A stretch of 64,000 nucleotides of DNA from Candidatus Parcubacteria bacterium (GTDB taxonomy: Bacteria > Patescibacteriota > Minisyncoccia > UBA6257 > HR35), in NCBI GenBank assembly GCA_026004495.1, contig BPJG01000001.1, forward strand, positions 208,750-272,749, written 5' to 3'. Every line of letters starts with the position of its first letter. Positions within the stretch are counted from its first letter, which is position 1. The notes below the pieces were generated by a model. The model had not been told where the DNA came from, did no database searches, and was given only the letters and a program-made list of their open reading frames with translations. The translations under genes were made by a program, and so were the position numbers. Of the stretch, positions 41,167 through 49,169 are shown in pieces.

Positions 41167-42140
41167 ATTCTTCTTTGTTTTTTAAGTTGCTCTGCGATCC
41201 AGTGATAAGTTTTTTCAATGCCTTGTCTTAAAGAAATTTTTGGTTCCCAGTTTATTTTTTGACGAGCCAAAGTTAAATCTGCATTTCGACCGCGAACTCC
41301 AGTTGGGCCAGAAATGTGTTTTAATTTTAAATTCTTACCAGCAATTTCCATTATCATTTTAGCTAAACTATTAATTGAAATCAATTCTTCTGAGCCAATA
41401 TTAATTGGTCCTAAAAAATCTGAATCCATTAATTTTCTTACGCCCTCTAAAGCATCGTCAATATAAAGAAAACTTCTTGTCTGTTCGCCATCACCCCAAA
41501 TTTCAATTTCCTCTCCATCTTTAGCTAAAGCAACCTTACGACAAAGAGCTGCCGGTGCTTTTTCTCTTCCACCTTCATAAGTACCTTCTGGTCCAAAAAT
41601 ATTATGAAAACGAGCAATACGAACATTAATTCGATAATTTCTATTAAATGCTAAATACATTCTTTCTGAAAAAAGTTTTTCCCAACCATATTCAGAATCA
41701 GGTCCGGCTGGATAAGCATCTGATTCTTTTAATCCCGGATTATTTGGATCTGTTTGCTTATATTCCGGATAAATACAAGCTGATGAAGAATAAAAAACTT
41801 TACCCTTGAATTTTATTTCTTTTAGATAATAAAGACAGTTTAAATTAATTAAAGCTGAATTATGCATAATATCAGCATCATTTTCACCAGTAAAGACAAA
41901 TCCAGCTCCGCCCATATCTGCTGCCAATTGATAAACTTCATCAAAATCTCTATCTAAAATTTTTACCCAAACATTTGGGTCTCTTAAATCCCCAATAACA
42001 AAATCATCAACCTCATCTTTTGCAGAATATTCGGGATATTTTAAATCAACAGATCTAACCCAATAACCTTCATTTTTTAATCGACGAGCAAGATGATGCC
42101 CAATAAAACCACCACCTCCACAAACTAATGCTTTTTTCAT
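41163..42140 (-). CDS. GDP-mannose 3,5-epimerase-like SDR
   Basis: QLAADMGGAGF, YSSSACIYP, PDSEYGWEKL, RFHNIFGP, GGREKAPAALCRK, GVRGRN. Confidence 0.88.
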   Translation of the reverse strand: MKKALVCGGGGFIGHHLARRLKNEGYWVRSVDLKYPEYSAKDEVDDFVIGDLRDPNVWVKILDRDFDEVYQLAADMGGAGFVFTGENDADIMHNSALINLNCLYYLKEIKFKGKVFYSSSACIYPEYKQTDPNNPGLKESDAYPAGPDSEYGWEKLFSERMYLAFNRNYRINVRIARFHNIFGPEGTYEGGREKAPAALCRKVALAKDGEEIEIWGDGEQTRSFLYIDDALEGVRKLMDSDFLGPINIGSEELISINSLAKMIMEIAGKNLKLKHISGPTGVRGRNADLTLARQKINWEPKISLRQGIEKTYHWIAEQLKKQRRI

Positions 42141-42186
42141 AATAAATAAAAAATTAATTTCGGCTCTTATGATAATTATATCATAA

Positions 42187-43014
42187 TTAGCTCTTATTAT
42201 TTAACCAGTCTTGTTGTAATTTTTTAATAAGTTTTTGGTTTTTTAGATATTTATAATTCAATTTCCAGACAAATTGGAAAAGTTCAGGGTTTATTTTTAA
42301 TTTTTTATATAAATATATCAGGGCATTTAAATCTTTAGGTAAACATTTACCACCAAAACCTCGATAACCTTCATAAAAAACTTTAAGATGAGTTTTACCC
42401 AGTCTTGGTTCATTTTCCAAGATTTCTCTTAATTCATCGTAGTTTATTTTTAGTTTTTGGCACAAATCATAAACTTGATTAGCAAAGATAACTTTTAAAG
42501 CTAAGAAATCATTAATTGTCAATTTTGCTAATTCAGAAATTTTTGAGTCAACAATTTTTGTATAAGAGGCTTTAGGCAGAAGTTGAAGAATTTTTTCAGC
42601 TAAATTTTTTGATTTTTGAGTATAGCCGACTAACTGGATAACTGGCTTGACGAAATCTTCATACGGATATTTTTCTCTTAAAAATTCAGGATTATGAAGA
42701 AATTGATGAATTTTATACTTTTTTTGAAAATATTCGATTGTGCCAGGAAGGAGTGTTGATTTAACAATGAATACTTTTGGAGTTTTGAAATATTTAATGT
42801 TTTCTTCTAAGGCTGATAAATCATAACCTGTTTTTGGGCTGTAAGGAGTTGGCAAGCAAAGAAAAATAATTTTTGCTTTATTAACTTCTTCTAAGCTACC
42901 AATATTTTTAAATTTATCATAACCATAAACTTCAAATTTTTCCTTTTTCAGCCAATCAAATAAAGTTTGGCCAACAATACCTAAGCCAATTATTCCAATT
43001 TTTTGTTGTTTCAT
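42187..43014 (-). CDS. Short UDP-glucose dehydrogenase-like protein (no C-terminal domain)
   Basis: GLGIVG, LCLPTP, KSTLLPG, NPEFLRE, GFGGKCLPKD; 275 aa. Confidence 0.85.
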   Translation of the reverse strand: MKQQKIGIIGLGIVGQTLFDWLKKEKFEVYGYDKFKNIGSLEEVNKAKIIFLCLPTPYSPKTGYDLSALEENIKYFKTPKVFIVKSTLLPGTIEYFQKKYKIHQFLHNPEFLREKYPYEDFVKPVIQLVGYTQKSKNLAEKILQLLPKASYTKIVDSKISELAKLTINDFLALKVIFANQVYDLCQKLKINYDELREILENEPRLGKTHLKVFYEGYRGFGGKCLPKDLNALIYLYKKLKINPELFQFVWKLNYKYLKNQKLIKKLQQDWLNNKS

Positions 43015-43280
43015 TTTAGAAGTTTATAAATCCAGTTATGATGACCGATTAAATGAAAAATGGCTTTTTTATTTCCTGCAAAAGAAAAAATAATCCTGTA
43101 TTTTCTATCTACTCGAAACGACCATAAATTTTTTAGAGAATGCAATTTTTCTACTTTTAAAATCGGATTAAACGGTTGTCTTTCAAATAATCTAATCTTT
43201 TTAAAAGTCTTCTTTTTTATTGAATCTGGCAATATATCAAAAGTTTTCTCAAATTTTCTAGTATAAATAATTTCTATCAT
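43011..43280 (-). CDS. RelE/ParE-superfamily mRNA interferase toxin
   Basis: 89 aa; F.K.F..L...PF.P.L..EKL...WSFRVDRKYRIIF. Confidence 0.85.
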   Translation of the reverse strand: MIEIIYTRKFEKTFDILPDSIKKKTFKKIRLFERQPFNPILKVEKLHSLKNLWSFRVDRKYRIIFSFAGNKKAIFHLIGHHNWIYKLLK

Positions 43281-43513
43281 TAAATCAAATTCTTATATTT
43301 TCTATAAAGTTCTTTAATATTTTTCACTCTACCCTTTTTATAATCGTTAATTGATTCTTTAAGAGATTCTAAAAAATCTGGATTATAAAAACCAAATAAA
43401 TCTGCCAATTGTTCAAACTTCTCAGCATCAATTTTTATTATATATTTATCCTTAGTTTTTTTAATTTCCACTTGTAATTGAGGCATTATTTGATAAATTT
43501 TTAATTTTGACAA
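43280..43513 (-). CDS. Putative antitoxin of the RelE-like toxin (start uncertain: 43486, 43513 or frameshifted 43538)
   Basis: TAATG overlap with toxin; FLESLKESINDYKKGRV antitoxin-like C-terminus. Confidence 0.7.
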   Translation of the reverse strand: MSKLKIYQIMPQLQVEIKKTKDKYIIKIDAEKFEQLADLFGFYNPDFLESLKESINDYKKGRVKNIKELYRKYKNLI

Positions 43514-43735
43514 TCTTGAAATAAATTGTTTTTTTCATTTTAAAATTATAACACAGAATGAAATTTTAATTTCCCTGGGTTTATGCCTCTTTTCTCAAAG
43601 CTTTTTCTTATATCTTATAATCTTTGTTTTTATCTTAGTTTTATTTTAACATAAAAATTTATCTAACTAATACTGAGTAGATAAAAATACTATCATATTC
43701 CCGAGAATATAAGAATGTTTTCCCCTGTTTTTATT

Positions 43736-44138
43736 TTAAAAATCGTTTATTTTTAAAAATCTTTTATTTAAAAAATCGAGTAATTGAATTTCTTTAACCT
43801 TTTTAAAATCTGTTATATCTTTAGTAACCAATATTTGTTTGTAATAAATAGCAGTTGCTGCGATTATCGCATCTCCTATTTTTAAATTGTATCTCCTTTT
43901 TAATTCGGCAGCTAATTCGCTAATATCATCGTTGATATAAATTTTGCTAAATTTATTTAAAAAATTTTTGATTACTAAAATATCTCCGTCTTTTAATTTA
44001 GGATAAGATAAAATTTCAATAAAAGATATGAATGAAATAAATAATGGCGTATTTTTATACCATAAATTTTCCAATAATCTTACTATCTATTTTTTTGTTT
44101 TGGAGATAATAAATTAAGATGTTACTATCAATAAGCAT
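43736..44138 (-). pseudogene. Frameshifted VapC/PIN-domain toxin
   Basis: MLIDSNILIYYL from ATG 44138 is out of frame with ...ISFISFIEILSY...DAIIAATA...LVTKD..DF. Confidence 0.85.
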
Positions 44139-44298
44139 ATTCTTTTAGAATTTTTCTTTGATATTTAAAAGGATCAATTTTATCAGGCCAAATGCCCTTA
44201 GCTAAAATCCATTTGTACGGAATTCTCTCTACTTTCAATATTTTTTAATCTTTTTGTTCGTTGAGCTTTTTTAATTTTTTTGCAACCTGATTTCTCAT
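44128..44298 (-). pseudogene. VapB-like antitoxin with in-frame stop
   Basis: MRNQVAKKLKKLNEQKD*KILKVERIPYKWILAKGIWPDKIDPFKYQRKILKEYAY; TAA at 44245-44247; overlaps vapC start. Confidence 0.7.
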
Positions 44299-44334
44299 TA
44301 GACTAATTATAACAAAAAATTTATAACTAAATTA

Positions 44335-44517
44335 AATTCTTGTTTTTTATAAAGTCCATTAATATTTTTTGTTCTTCCCTCTTTATAATCTCTCTATCAC
44401 TTTTACACTTTTAATAAAATCTTCATTATATAAACCTAAGGCGTTCATCAGCCTTTCTCATTTATTTATATCAATAACTATTTTATTTTTATTAATTTTT
44501 ATATCTAAAGTTGCCAT
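44335..44517 (-). pseudogene. Decayed paralog of the 43280 antitoxin
   Basis: MATLDIKINKNKIVIDINK*ERLMNALGLYNEDFIKSVK / DYKEGRTKNINGLYKK aligns with FEQLADLFGFYNPDFLESLK...DYKKGRVKNIKELYRK; TGA at 44458-44460 plus a frameshift. Confidence 0.7.
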
Positions 44518-44539
44518 TATTTAATTATATCACTTTTTA

Positions 44540-44769
44540 ACTAAAAGAAACATTTGCTCAGGTTCCCAGATAGATTTATAATTTCGATTTTATAATTTTT
44601 TGATTCAAGAAAATTGATTACTTTTTTGAGTTCATCAGCAGCAACACGAGTTAAAAAAATTAACTCCTTCAAAATCTAAATCAATTTTAAAATTTCATCT
44701 CTTAATTTGATTATCAGAACTCATAAAAATATTTGCTGATCTAAAATTTTTTAAAACCCTTATAATCAT
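44540..44769 (-). pseudogene. Decayed STAS-like (DUF4325-like) gene
   Basis: Fragments IDLDFEGVNF / TRVAADELKKVINFLESKNYKIEIINLS across a frameshift and a stop. Confidence 0.55.
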
Positions 44770-44890
44770 TTTATAAATTAGAGGAAATTAAATTTTAAGT
44801 TTTTTTGTTAAATTTTATCCTTGTATTTTAATTTTAGCAAAATTTGAAAAAATTTTATTTAGAAGAAATATGAGATATAATATTATTGCT

Positions 44891-45187
44891 ATGAGAAAAT
44901 TCGGGGTATTTTTATTAATTTTAACCTTGTTGGTTAGTTTTTTGTATTTAAATTTTTCTAATTTTTATAACCTTATCTTTGCTCTTGACCAAGATAATTT
45001 TGATGTTTTGGATTATGTTTGGACCGTAAGCGATAGCTCGTTTTTATCTATTCTTATTGGTTTTGTACTTATTAACATTTTTACTTTTCTCTTTTTAACA
45101 AGGCTAAAAATTATCATTGAATCTCTTTTACTAAAAAATAATCATAACTATCCTAAAATAGCTTGTCGATCTCCGCCTTTAAATTAG
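44891..45187 (+). CDS. Small membrane protein ending in RSPP (candidate arrest peptide)
   Basis: Two hydrophobic segments; C-terminal YPKIACRSPPLN; ATG 44891 preferred because it follows TATAAT at 44876-44881. Confidence 0.65.
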   Translation: MRKFGVFLLILTLLVSFLYLNFSNFYNLIFALDQDNFDVLDYVWTVSDSSFLSILIGFVLINIFTFLFLTRLKIIIESLLLKNNHNYPKIACRSPPLN

Positions 45188-45241
45188 TCTCTGGTTTAAT
45201 CTTTATTATCAATAGTCGCTCTTAAAACCTAATTAATTAAA

Positions 45242-45685
45242 ATGAAAAAATTAACCTTTGTCTTATTAACTTTAGTTCTTCTTACATCATTAACATTAGC
45301 TCAAACTACAACAACTTCAACTTCAACAATATCAACTCCTAAACATAAACCTGTTGTACCAGTTAAGAAAGGTGTGGTAAAGAAAGAAAAGGTTAAAAAA
45401 CTCTCATCTTATCAAGGTTGTGTTGGACAGAAAGTGAGAGAATTAACTAAAGAGATGCAAAGTAAGAAAAAAGAGGCTTTGAATAATTATCGAAATGAAA
45501 TTAAAAATGCAACCTCAACTACTGCTAGTCGTGAAGTAAGAAAAAATTATATTCCAGTCATTAGAGATATTAACAAATGGTACAACAGTGAATTAAGAAA
45601 AATCAAACAGGAGTGTAAAATAGCAACCACTACCCCAACATCAACTCCAACTACTTCCAATTCAACTGCAACCTCAACTCAATAA
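45242..45685 (+). CDS. Secreted Thr-rich helical protein with a Cys pair
   Basis: Signal peptide, TTTTSTST linker, CVGQ...KQEC, ATST-rich tail. Confidence 0.85.
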   Translation: MKKLTFVLLTLVLLTSLTLAQTTTTSTSTISTPKHKPVVPVKKGVVKKEKVKKLSSYQGCVGQKVRELTKEMQSKKKEALNNYRNEIKNATSTTASREVRKNYIPVIRDINKWYNSELRKIKQECKIATTTPTSTPTTSNSTATSTQ

Positions 45686-45709
45686 TTAGGTCGAATTTAA
45701 TCACAACCC

Positions 45710-45736
45710 AAATCACCCCCATTTCGGGGGTGATTT
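45710..45736. terminator. Bidirectional intrinsic terminator
   Basis: Perfect 11-bp stem AAATCACCCCC-ATTTC-GGGGGTGATTT between convergent genes. Confidence 0.85.
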
Positions 45737-45739
45737 AAT

Positions 45740-46116
45740 TTATTTTAATTTTTCAAAAAGATCTTTTAGATATTTTAAAATTTTTGGAAGTTTTTGATAG
45801 ATTTTGTCAGCTAATTCTTCGCTATAAATATGAGCAGTTTGATTCCTAAAATCTATTATTTTTAACCAATATTCGTCATAATCAATAATGCCTTCTTGAT
45901 AAGCAGAGCGAAAACAACTTTTAGGAGAATGACATTCAATTTTTTGATATTCCAATAGATATGCTTTTAATGTTTCCCAAGCTAAATCAAAGCAAATTTC
46001 AAATCTCTTTATTGCTGAATTGCGAGTTATTTCATTTTTCTCTTTATTAAGAATTTCTTAAAAACGCCTTAGTGATTTTTCAAATTTTTGAAGCAAATCT
46101 TCGAATATTTAATCAT
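45740..46116 (-). pseudogene. HEPN (HI0074-like) toxin / nucleotidyltransferase substrate-binding subunit, disrupted
   Basis: FEKSLRRF*EILNKEKNEITRNSAIKRFEICFDLAWETLK...SPKSCFR...FRNQTAHIY (RxxxxH); TAA at 46058-46060 and a 5' frameshift. Confidence 0.85.
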
Positions 46117-46422
46117 TTAATTTAGATATTCAATCTTCTTTTTAGCAATTTTTTTAAATTCTTCATCAACATTATTAAAATCAACAAAATCTATTTTGTA
46201 AAGAATGGGTAAATTTTCTAATTCTTCTTCAATTTTAAATTTTATCTCTACTGGAATTTCTGGATCTTCTATCCCAACATCAATATCGCCTCGGTCATCA
46301 AAATTTTCATAAACTCTTTAACCAAAGAAAAAAACTTTATATTTACTTAGATCTAAATATCTGTTTAAAATATTCAGGATATCATTTTTCAGCTTGTTAG
46401 CTGGATAATGTCTAAGCTCCAT
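46117..46422 (-). pseudogene. MNT minimal nucleotidyltransferase antitoxin, disrupted
   Basis: YKVFFFG*RV...RGDIDVGI...LYKIDFVDF; TAA at 46318-46320 replaces the Ser of the GS motif. Confidence 0.85.
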
Positions 46423-46444
46423 CAATTAAATTATACTAAATTAA

Positions 46445-46955
46445 TTATTTAACCACAATTTCTCCTGTAAATGATGGGTTTAAATGATCATGATAATACC
46501 ATTCACCAACTTCATTAAAAACAAAAAACCAACTTTCTCCTTTATTTAAACCTCGGCAGACATCAAAAATTTTAGCTTGCTCTGGAGTGCCACATTTTTC
46601 AATACCTGAACTGGGATAAACACGATGAGTTGGATGAACAGCCGATGCTGGCCAAGAAGGTTTAGAAGATTCATTAACCCAAGTAACTTTTGTTCCTTTA
46701 GTTATTTCAACTTCTTTTGGCTCAAAGCCATTATTAGTTATTCTGATAATGACTTCAGAAGTAGTTACTTTGGATGAAGGTGTTTCTGTTGATATTGTCG
46801 GCGTTGTTGGTGTAGAAGGTATTTCTAAAGAAGGTGAGGCTGGAGACCGAGACAATTTTGGCGTTAAAGATGGAGTTCTGTATTTATTAAAAAATAATAA
46901 CCGATTCCTAATAAAAAGGCTAAAATAAATACAGTAGTTATTAAATTCTTTCCAT
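46445..46955 (-). pseudogene. CPR-type cupredoxin; N-terminal membrane anchor out of frame
   Basis: GFEPKEVEITKGTKVTWVN...WPASAVHPTH...YHDHLNP; upstream KNLITTVFILAFLLGIGYY is in another frame. Confidence 0.7.
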
Positions 46956-47048
46956 TGAAAATTAATTATGTAATTAACATAAACAGTTCGGATATATTAT
47001 TTTGTTTTGTTTACTCCGTCCGTGTATAGCCTGTATTCAGCTTTTATA

Positions 47049-47666
47049 TTATATGGCCTTTTTATAATTTTCCTCTATTTTTTCCCAATTAACAACATTC
47101 CACCAACTTTGGATATATTCATTTCTGCGATTTTGATATTTTAAATAATAAGCATGTTCCCAAACATCAAGGCCCATAATTGGTAGATCTCCATTCATTA
47201 AAGGATTATCTTGATTTGGCAAAGAATAAACTTTTAATTTTCTATCTGAACTTACCACTAACCAAGCCCAACCAGAACCAAAATGTTTTAATGCTGTTTC
47301 TGAAAATAAATTTTTAAAATTCTCAAAAGAGCCAAAATTTTCTTCAAGCGCCTTTTTTAATTCTCCGATTGGTTCACTTCCACCATTTGGTTTCATTATT
47401 TCCCAAAAGAGTGAATGATTATAATGTCCACCACCATTATTTCTAACAACTGTTCTTATATCCTCAGGAAGTTGGTCTAAATTTTTCAATATTTCTTCAA
47501 GTTCTACATTTTGCCATTCAGGATATTTTTCTAAGGCTGAATTTAAATTATTAATATAAGTCTGATGATGTTTAGTGTGATGAATTTTCATTGTCATCTC
47601 ATCAATGTAAGGCTCTAGGGCATCATAATAGTAAGGCAATTTTGTTAAATTATAAGGATAATTCAT
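47049..47666 (-). CDS. sodA: Fe/Mn superoxide dismutase
   Basis: [38 protein letters not shown]. Confidence 0.97.
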   Translation of the reverse strand: MNYPYNLTKLPYYYDALEPYIDEMTMKIHHTKHHQTYINNLNSALEKYPEWQNVELEEILKNLDQLPEDIRTVVRNNGGGHYNHSLFWEIMKPNGGSEPIGELKKALEENFGSFENFKNLFSETALKHFGSGWAWLVVSSDRKLKVYSLPNQDNPLMNGDLPIMGLDVWEHAYYLKYQNRRNEYIQSWWNVVNWEKIEENYKKAI

Positions 47667-47724
47667 TTTATTTTTTATTATTTTAATATTAAAAACGACC
47701 TAAATAAAGATAAAAATTTTTAAA

Positions 47725-47835
47725 AGTATTTATTATATTGTATTATATTATTTATTATTTATTTATATATATTATTTTTATTATATTTTATTATATTATA
47801 TTATATTATATTAATATTTATTTTATTTATTCAAA
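47725..47835. repeat. Almost pure A/T low-complexity tract with (TTATA)n tandem units
   Basis: ttatattatattatattatatt at about 47791-47812 within a near G/C-free stretch. Confidence 0.8.
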
Positions 47836-47884
47836 TATATAAAAATGAAAAATTTTTATTTGAGGATTTTTATTAATTTCACTA

Positions 47885-47913
47885 ATATTATCAGAATTTT
47901 TTACTCTAGTCAA
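47885..47913 (-). promoter_or_regulatory. Sigma70-type promoter upstream of sodA
   Basis: TTGACT-17 nt-TAATAT with TG extension. Confidence 0.6.
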
Positions 47914-48096
47914 AAAAAGAACTTAAGTAATCTGGTTTAGATTATCTAACTAAAAAATCAATAGTAAAATAATAACTTGTAATTTGTAGCAGGAAATAAA
48001 AAATTTAAAAAATTAAAAAGAAGAATACAAAAAGAGTCTGATATAAGTATAGAATAAATTTTGATAGTGAATTAATTTTAATTTTAATTTTAAGCT

Positions 48097-49077
48097 TTAG
48101 GGTGTTGCTAAAGCCTCTTTATCTTTATAAAAAGATGTTCCAATTTTTATTTTTTTATTTGAAATTTTGATATTTTTAATTTTTTCAATTCGAATAAAAG
48201 AAGAAAGGTACCAATTATAATTAGCTTTAGTTTTAATTATTTTACTTATAGGTAATTTTTCTTCAAAAGATTTCCAAGATATTTCATCTTCTACTATTGG
48301 ATAAACACTAAATTTTCTTTTAATATCAGTTATAACAAAACCATTTTTTAAGATAAATTTTTCTATATTAAACCATTTAGCTAAGCTTGACTCGGATGTT
48401 GTTAAGCCGAAATAACCACTACCATTTTTATTTAACGACAAAAATCCTCTTAAAAGAAATAATTTTAATCCTCTCTCGGTTTCAACTGGATCTGTAACAA
48501 ATACATCAAATTTATTAATAAGACTTTTGGGTAATGGTTCTCTAACATCGTATTCTAAAGTTTTAATGTTAAGATTAAGCTTTTTAGATATTTTATTTAT
48601 AAAATCAGTTAATCTTTGATCGATTTCAATTATATATACAGATTGGGGTAATTTTGTTAAAGCTAAGGCAAGACTTAATAGATCGTCATCACCGATAACT
48701 AAAATTTTTGAATTTAATAAATCGCCTCGCTGATAAATAAATTCAACTCTTTTTATAACATCTTCAGCTTTAATAAATGCTTGGTCAAATTTATCTAGTG
48801 CAGGAGGTCTATTTTTTATTATCGTTTTGAATTTAATTAAAATATCATTAAATAAGCCATCTATAATCAATCCTCTGCCCTCGCATATAGAACAATTTAA
48901 ATCATTAATTTTTTTAATAATATTTATTTTATTTTTATTTATCTTTAATTTAGATTTACTTTTATTAATTTCTAAAAATTTTAATAAATGAGCATCGTTT
49001 TCCTCAATAAGATTCCAAATGCTTTTATTTTTATTACTAATTAAACTTTGAATTAATTGTTTTTGAAATCTATTCAT
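48097..49077 (-). CDS. bpsA: N4-bis(aminopropyl)spermidine synthase (branched-chain polyamine synthase)
   Basis: C..CEGRG, RP....FDQ, RGDL, VIGDDDLLSLALAL, EIDQRL, YDVREPLP, FDVFVTDPVET, GYFGLT. Confidence 0.88.
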   Translation of the reverse strand: MNRFQKQLIQSLISNKNKSIWNLIEENDAHLLKFLEINKSKSKLKINKNKINIIKKINDLNCSICEGRGLIIDGLFNDILIKFKTIIKNRPPALDKFDQAFIKAEDVIKRVEFIYQRGDLLNSKILVIGDDDLLSLALALTKLPQSVYIIEIDQRLTDFINKISKKLNLNIKTLEYDVREPLPKSLINKFDVFVTDPVETERGLKLFLLRGFLSLNKNGSGYFGLTTSESSLAKWFNIEKFILKNGFVITDIKRKFSVYPIVEDEISWKSFEEKLPISKIIKTKANYNWYLSSFIRIEKIKNIKISNKKIKIGTSFYKDKEALATP

Positions 49078-49169
49078 CTTTAATTAAATTTTTAATTTAA
49101 TTTAATTTAATTTTTAGTTAATACAAAAAAATTTTAAAATAAATATTAAAATATTTTAAAATAAAATTT

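Noticed and set aside
44245-46320. Stop-codon reassignment as the explanation for in-frame TAA/TGA
   Set aside because: TAA and TGA terminate many intact genes here, the stops would need different amino acids (Ser, Glu, Trp), and frameshifts co-occur
47700-48090. Replication origin in the A/T-rich gap
   Set aside because: No DnaA boxes (TTATCCACA-like) recognised and no dnaA/dnaN nearby
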